A DNA stretch of 64,000 bases from Gracilinanus agilis (taxonomy: Eukaryota): the NCBI RefSeq assembly GCF_016433145.1, contig NC_058131.1:484576068-484640067 (forward strand), written 5' to 3'. Made by a program: the position numbers and the translations under genes. How positions within the stretch are numbered: position 1 is the stretch's first letter; each line of letters begins with the position of its first letter. This document shows, one piece after another, positions 59,701 to 64,000 of this stretch. The notes beneath the pieces are model-generated. The model made no database searches. It was not told the origin of the DNA and worked only from the letters and a program-made list of their open reading frames with translations.

Positions 59701-62636
59701 ATCCAAAGCGTTTACAAAGTAGAAGTAACTTAAGATTTGAACAGCCTCAATTAGCCTTATTTTACAGGTTTTCATCTGAAACTCACCAGGGACCTACTTC
59801 AAAAAAAGTACCTGGTCCTGGATTTCATTCAGCAGCAGTTGTGTTGGCACAAACTTAAACATCATAGCCTCCTCTTGTGCATCTCTTCAATAGAGTCCTT
59901 AATCTGTATGTGGTCACTAGATACCTCTGTGACGCCTTATCTTCAGGTTATCTAATGGTGTGACTATTGTCCCTTCCCACCAAAAAAACAGACTTTTGAT
60001 CCCAGCCTCATGCATTTAGTCATTATGTTCTGGGACAGTATGTTGGGATGGCCTGAAGAATATAATTCTAAGCATTATAGGTAGAAAAGATGTGTTTGTT
60101 TGAAAACACAAAGCCTTACCTAAGAGTAGCAATACTTTGAGAACGTCTGCTTCCCGGGAAGGTACCTGATAATTGTAATCCTCCTCTATCTTATTTCCTT
60201 GATTGTGCTTTTCTTTAAGGTTAGTAGATTCTCCTTCACATAGAATGATCAACTTTGGGGATGTAGGAGGTCTATTAGGTCTTTTCCTGAAGTATGCATT
60301 GGGACAGAATGGGAAAATTATCAGACTTGGCTCTGATATGCATTAGTCTCCATGTGTTACTTTAAAATAGGAATGTTATTACTTCTCACTACCTGCCCCA
60401 CAAGGTTATGTGGGAAACTTTAAAGGATTAATCTATAAGTGTGAGACGATGATTTTGCCCTAATTGACAACTGGCACCATTCAACAGGTCAAAACTGGTA
60501 CTTTTGCAAGTCAGCCTAAGTCTGTTGGTGTCAAAATTCCTACCTGCAAGATCATTCTGAAGGATACTTTCTTAACATCACCAGAGGAACTCTTTAGGGT
60601 ATTTGTCACCCAAGAGGTAAGTGTGTGAACATGGAATCTCTTATGCCTAGGTCTTGCATTTGCTTTCCTAAGGGATTTACAGTATCTAGAGAAACACTGC
60701 TGTTCCCTGTTATTTCATTAGCCTAGTTACTTGCCCAAATGGTAGGCCCTAAGGCAAAGGGTTCATGAAGCTTATTGAAATTTAGTGTTTCCTTCAGTTA
60801 TTCATTTTTTTTTTAATGCCATTCTGAGGGATCCATAGACTTCACCACACTGCCAAAGGAATCCATGAAACAAAAACGGTTAAGGACCTCTGCACTAAGT
60901 GATACAACATATTGCACCACTTGAAGATGAGTTAATGAATTTGGCTAAACAATTCTCTTTTTATTTACTACTTCTTCTCCATATGCCCACTGATAGTTGA
61001 GAGTTTTCCCCCTGAAGTGATATTAAATAATTCTTCTTTTGAATGATGTCAGGAACCCAGAAAGGAATCCTAAACATAAGATAAACCTGACCCTTAATCC
61101 ATTTGATAAGAATGATCTATTGCAAGTCTAAATAGAACTAGGTAAACCATAACTAGTTATTTGAAGGACTGAAACGGGGATTAAAGAGTGCGCCTGGGGG
61201 CAGCTAAGAGACTCGGTAGATAAGAGAGCCAGGCCTAGAGACCCTGGGTTCAAATTTGGCCTCATATACTTCCTGCCTGTGTGACCCTGGGCAAGTCACC
61301 CCCATTGCCTACCCCTTACCCCTCTTCTGCCTTGGAACAGATACTTTAATATTGGCTCTAAGATGGAAGGTAAGGGTTTTTTAAAAAGTGAATCTGTTTT
61401 GCTGTCTGAATGTGCCTCCTAGATCTTATTCACAGGATGTAGAAGATATGACTGGCCAGCTTCAGGTCTGGGAACTTAGATGTAATTATGGGCATGTGGC
61501 TGCACTCACTTTTAAATAAACTAGCTTAACTCTAAGAACTGCATGAGGCAAAGAATGCTGCTGATAGAATAAACACAAGGGCTTAGCCCAGGCACTCCTA
61601 CTCACCCTCTCCTCTTGTCCTTGCAGATGGTTCAGGCCTTTACCCATGCTTCTGCTGTGTTAGAAGCAGATAAAGGTGGAAAGTTCCAGCTGCTTGATGG
61701 CAACGTCACCGGGGAATTCTTAGATCTGGTGAGTGATCCCTGGGCCTGGACCTCATTCCACGAGCTTCCCCATTAGAAGAACATTGCTTTTTTCTGACCT
61801 CTGTAGCTAGGGTTGGGTCCTTTAACTTCTTGTTACAATTTAAACTACATTCTTCTAAAGAATGGCTTAAGTTTGTATCATGATCAAGATTCAGATACAA
61901 GAAAAATGTAGCCAGCGGTAGGAAAACTACAAGCAGCAAAGCTTGTCGTAAAAGTGAACATGTGAGAGAACATTTGTTCTCTCAACAGCCGAATTTCTTG
62001 GATGAGGCTGTATGTCTTCAGCTTCTGTTAGGGAGGACAGGACAAGAAGGAGGAGGAGGGAGGCTAATTCAGGAGGCAAATCTTGACCAGACTAGCTTCT
62101 TTTTCCCCTATAGGTCCCTGAAAACAAGATAGTGATGAAATGGAGGTTTAAATCTTGGCCTGAGGGTAAGTATTCCTTCTCTTATTCTTTCTGTCCCTAA
62201 GCTAAGCAATGAGATTGGGATCTGCTAAGACCAGAAGTGGGTTCTGGGAGTCCCTGAGATAGTAACATTCTCAGGTCAGGTCTGGGACAAGTTTGTATTC
62301 AGGCATTTCCCACATAGACTGCAGTTCATTCCCACTAGAAGAATTCCCAGGCTGGAAAGCACACGTGGCTCTGTTAAGGAAGAAGGATTAGAGGACGTTT
62401 CCTTTGAATGCGATTTCAGAGGGGGAAGTTGGAGATCCTCACGATCATTTGACTCCTCCCCAGGTCACTTTGCCACCATCACCTTGACCTTTATTGACAA
62501 AGATGGAGAGACAGAGCTTCTCATGGAGGGCAAAGGCATCCCGTCACCGGAGGAAGAGCGGACAAGACAGGGCTGGCAGCGGTACTATTTTGAGAGCATC
62601 AAACAGACCTTTGGCTATGGCGCACGCTTATTCTAA
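53762..62636 (+). CDS. AHSA1: Activator of Hsp90 ATPase homolog 1 (Aha1), 338 aa
   Basis: Exons 53762-53841, 55890-56080, 57474-57556, 58199-58316, 59015-59103, 60488-60616, 61627-61728, 62114-62165 and 62464-62636 total 1017 nt; all introns are GT-AG. N-terminus MAKWGEGDPRWIVEERADATNVNNWHWTERD (NxNNWHW motif), RKGK motif and C-terminus QTFGYGARLF* are all present. Confidence 0.97.
56691..56921. mobile_element. Short LTR-like element (231 bp) inserted in a SINE
   Basis: TG...CA termini and a 4-bp TSD GCAC at 56687-56690 and 56922-56925. The SINE sequence resumes right after it. Confidence 0.7.
57560..57790. repeat. Pyrimidine-rich low-complexity tract followed by an AT-rich tract in AHSA1 intron 3
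   Basis: CT-rich sequence at 57560-57690; TA-rich sequence at 57709-57790. Confidence 0.9.
59230..59450 (+). mobile_element. hAT (OposCharlie-like) MITE lacking its right end, nested in a SINE
   Basis: Starts CAGTGTTGGCAAA..ATGGCAC right after GCCTAGGT (CTAG-core hAT target). The SINE resumes at CTTCAGACAC. Confidence 0.7.
61196..61385 (+). mobile_element. SINE1_Mdo-like SINE
   Basis: Full-length copy with TSD TTAAA(G/A)AGTG. Confidence 0.8.
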
Positions 62637-62838
62637 TGTTAACTTCTACAGGGCCACGGTCCACCCGGCAGCTCAGTCCAGCTCTCTACTGTCCTGCAGC
62701 TGTGACTGGCAGGATTGCACCATCCCAACCACTACTGTGGGGCTTGTGCCCCCTCCCCATTCATATACCGAGGGTTTGTGCATGTTTTCTGCTGGGTGGG
62801 ATCAGACAGTGAATTCTCTTTTATGTGTACATACGCTA

Positions 62839-62844
62839 AATAAA
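62839..62844 (+). terminator. AHSA1 polyadenylation signal
   Basis: AATAAA about 200 nt after the stop codon. Confidence 0.7.
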
Positions 62845-63122
62845 CATAACTTAAAAAAAAACCCACACGCACACACGGAAGCAGTGTCCATAATCTAATG
62901 AAGAATCACTGTAGAGAGCTGGTTTTCTTTGGATTTGGGATGAAGGAAAGTAAGATAAGACTTTGTTTCTGATTATAAATGCCATCCACGTTTCATCAAA
63001 TAGTCTGGAGAAGGTGTGATGTTTGGGTTTGGAAAGAGACTGTCTCCAACAAGCCAAATAATCACCCTTTTGTTTCCTTAAAAGAGCTCTGGGCCCAACA
63101 TTTGAATATAAGAAGGGCATAG

Positions 63123-63292
63123 AAGGGCAGCTAGGTGGCTCAGAGGATTGACAACTAAGCCTAGAGTTGGGGAGTCCTGGGTTCAAATCTGGCCTCAGCT
63201 ATTTCCCAGTTCTGTGGCCCTGAGCAAGTCACTTAACTCTCCAGGGCCTAGCCCTTACCACCCTTCTGCTTTGGAACCAATACACAGTATTA
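63123..63292 (+). mobile_element. SINE1_Mdo-like SINE
   Basis: Head and CORE present; tail truncated. Confidence 0.75.
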
Positions 63293-63714
63293 AAAACCTC
63301 ACAGGGTTTTTATAATAAAAAAGAATCACAGTGTTAGGAGTATAAAGGCTCAGGCTATCAACAAATGATATACTTCAATTCACAATAGAGTGGCAAAGTT
63401 GGGCCCAATTCCAACTGATCATAGCCCACTGTCCTTTATACTATACTATTCTGCCTTGAGATTACTTTTAGAGGGGAACTAGATACTGAATTCTTTCCTT
63501 TTCTCTCTGTAAGCATTTGATTGCAAATCTAAGTTCCATTTTCAGTGATGTTTAAGAGTAAAAATTTCCCCCCACTCTGTGGAATGGGGAATACATAGAA
63601 GTTGATTAATCACCACTAGGAAATGTAAACCCTTCAAGAGCAGTAACTACATTTTTTTGGCCTTTGTATCCAACTCGGCATTTGGTATTTATTGTGCTCT
63701 GAAAAGAGAAATGG

Positions 63715-63910
63715 GATTTTTCTTTTTAAACCCTTACCTTCTGTTTTAAAATCAATAAAAAGCATTTGGTTCTAAGAGAGTAGTAAGGACTAGGCAATTG
63801 AGATTGTGATTGCCCAGGATCCTGCACCTAGAAACTATCTGAGGCCACATTTGAACCTAGGACCTCCCATCTCGAGCCTGGCTCTATCTATTGAGATATG
63901 TAGCTTCCCC
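63715..63910 (-). mobile_element. SINE1_Mdo-like SINE
   Basis: Antisense copy. Confidence 0.75.
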
Positions 63911-64000
63911 TTTTCTCTTGTTTTTAAAACTTTATAGCTCTTAATGGAGGTAGTATGTGGCATTGCACATATGAAAATACCCAGATTCCCTAAGAGTATT

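Noticed and set aside
62320-62390. Short matches (AGAATTCC, GTTAAGGAA) to my recollection of SNORA46 in AHSA1 intron 8
   Set aside because: Only scattered 8-9-mers, no ACA box, and the reference is recalled from memory; an Rfam search is needed.
62494-62898. 134-aa ORF overlapping the last AHSA1 exon
   Set aside because: Alternative frame without an independent ATG or homology.

Overview
Mammalian genomic DNA, most likely a didelphid marsupial such as Monodelphis domestica. That call rests on many SINE1_Mdo-like and MAR1-like SINEs plus opossum-type LTRs and hAT MITEs. The window holds the conserved syntenic block SAMD15(+) / NOXRED1(-) / VIPAS39(-) / AHSA1(+). I traced all four genes exon by exon: every intron is GT-AG and every frame closes (SAMD15 691 aa, 3 exons; NOXRED1 383 aa, 6 exons; VIPAS39 492 aa, 19 coding exons; AHSA1 338 aa, 9 exons). 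VIPAS39 and AHSA1 share a CpG-island bidirectional promoter containing a 38-N gap, and SAMD15 and NOXRED1 are convergent. The introns carry a decayed pogo/Tigger-type transposon with TIRs and a nested solo LTR, several hAT and Tigger MITEs, solo LTRs, L1 remnants and a 7SL retropseudogene. I found no convincing wholly new gene system. The best leads are a modular tandem-repeat expansion in SAMD15 exon 1, the pogo element, a stop-introducing tandem splice donor in NOXRED1, a splice-created uORF overlapping the VIPAS39 start codon, RFX X-boxes at the SAMD15 and NOXRED1 5' ends, a hairpin over a VIPAS39 branch-point region and several templated-insertion scars. Gene names and repeat families come from remembered homology, not database searches. 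Repeat coordinates are approximate unless target-site duplications (TSDs) are quoted.
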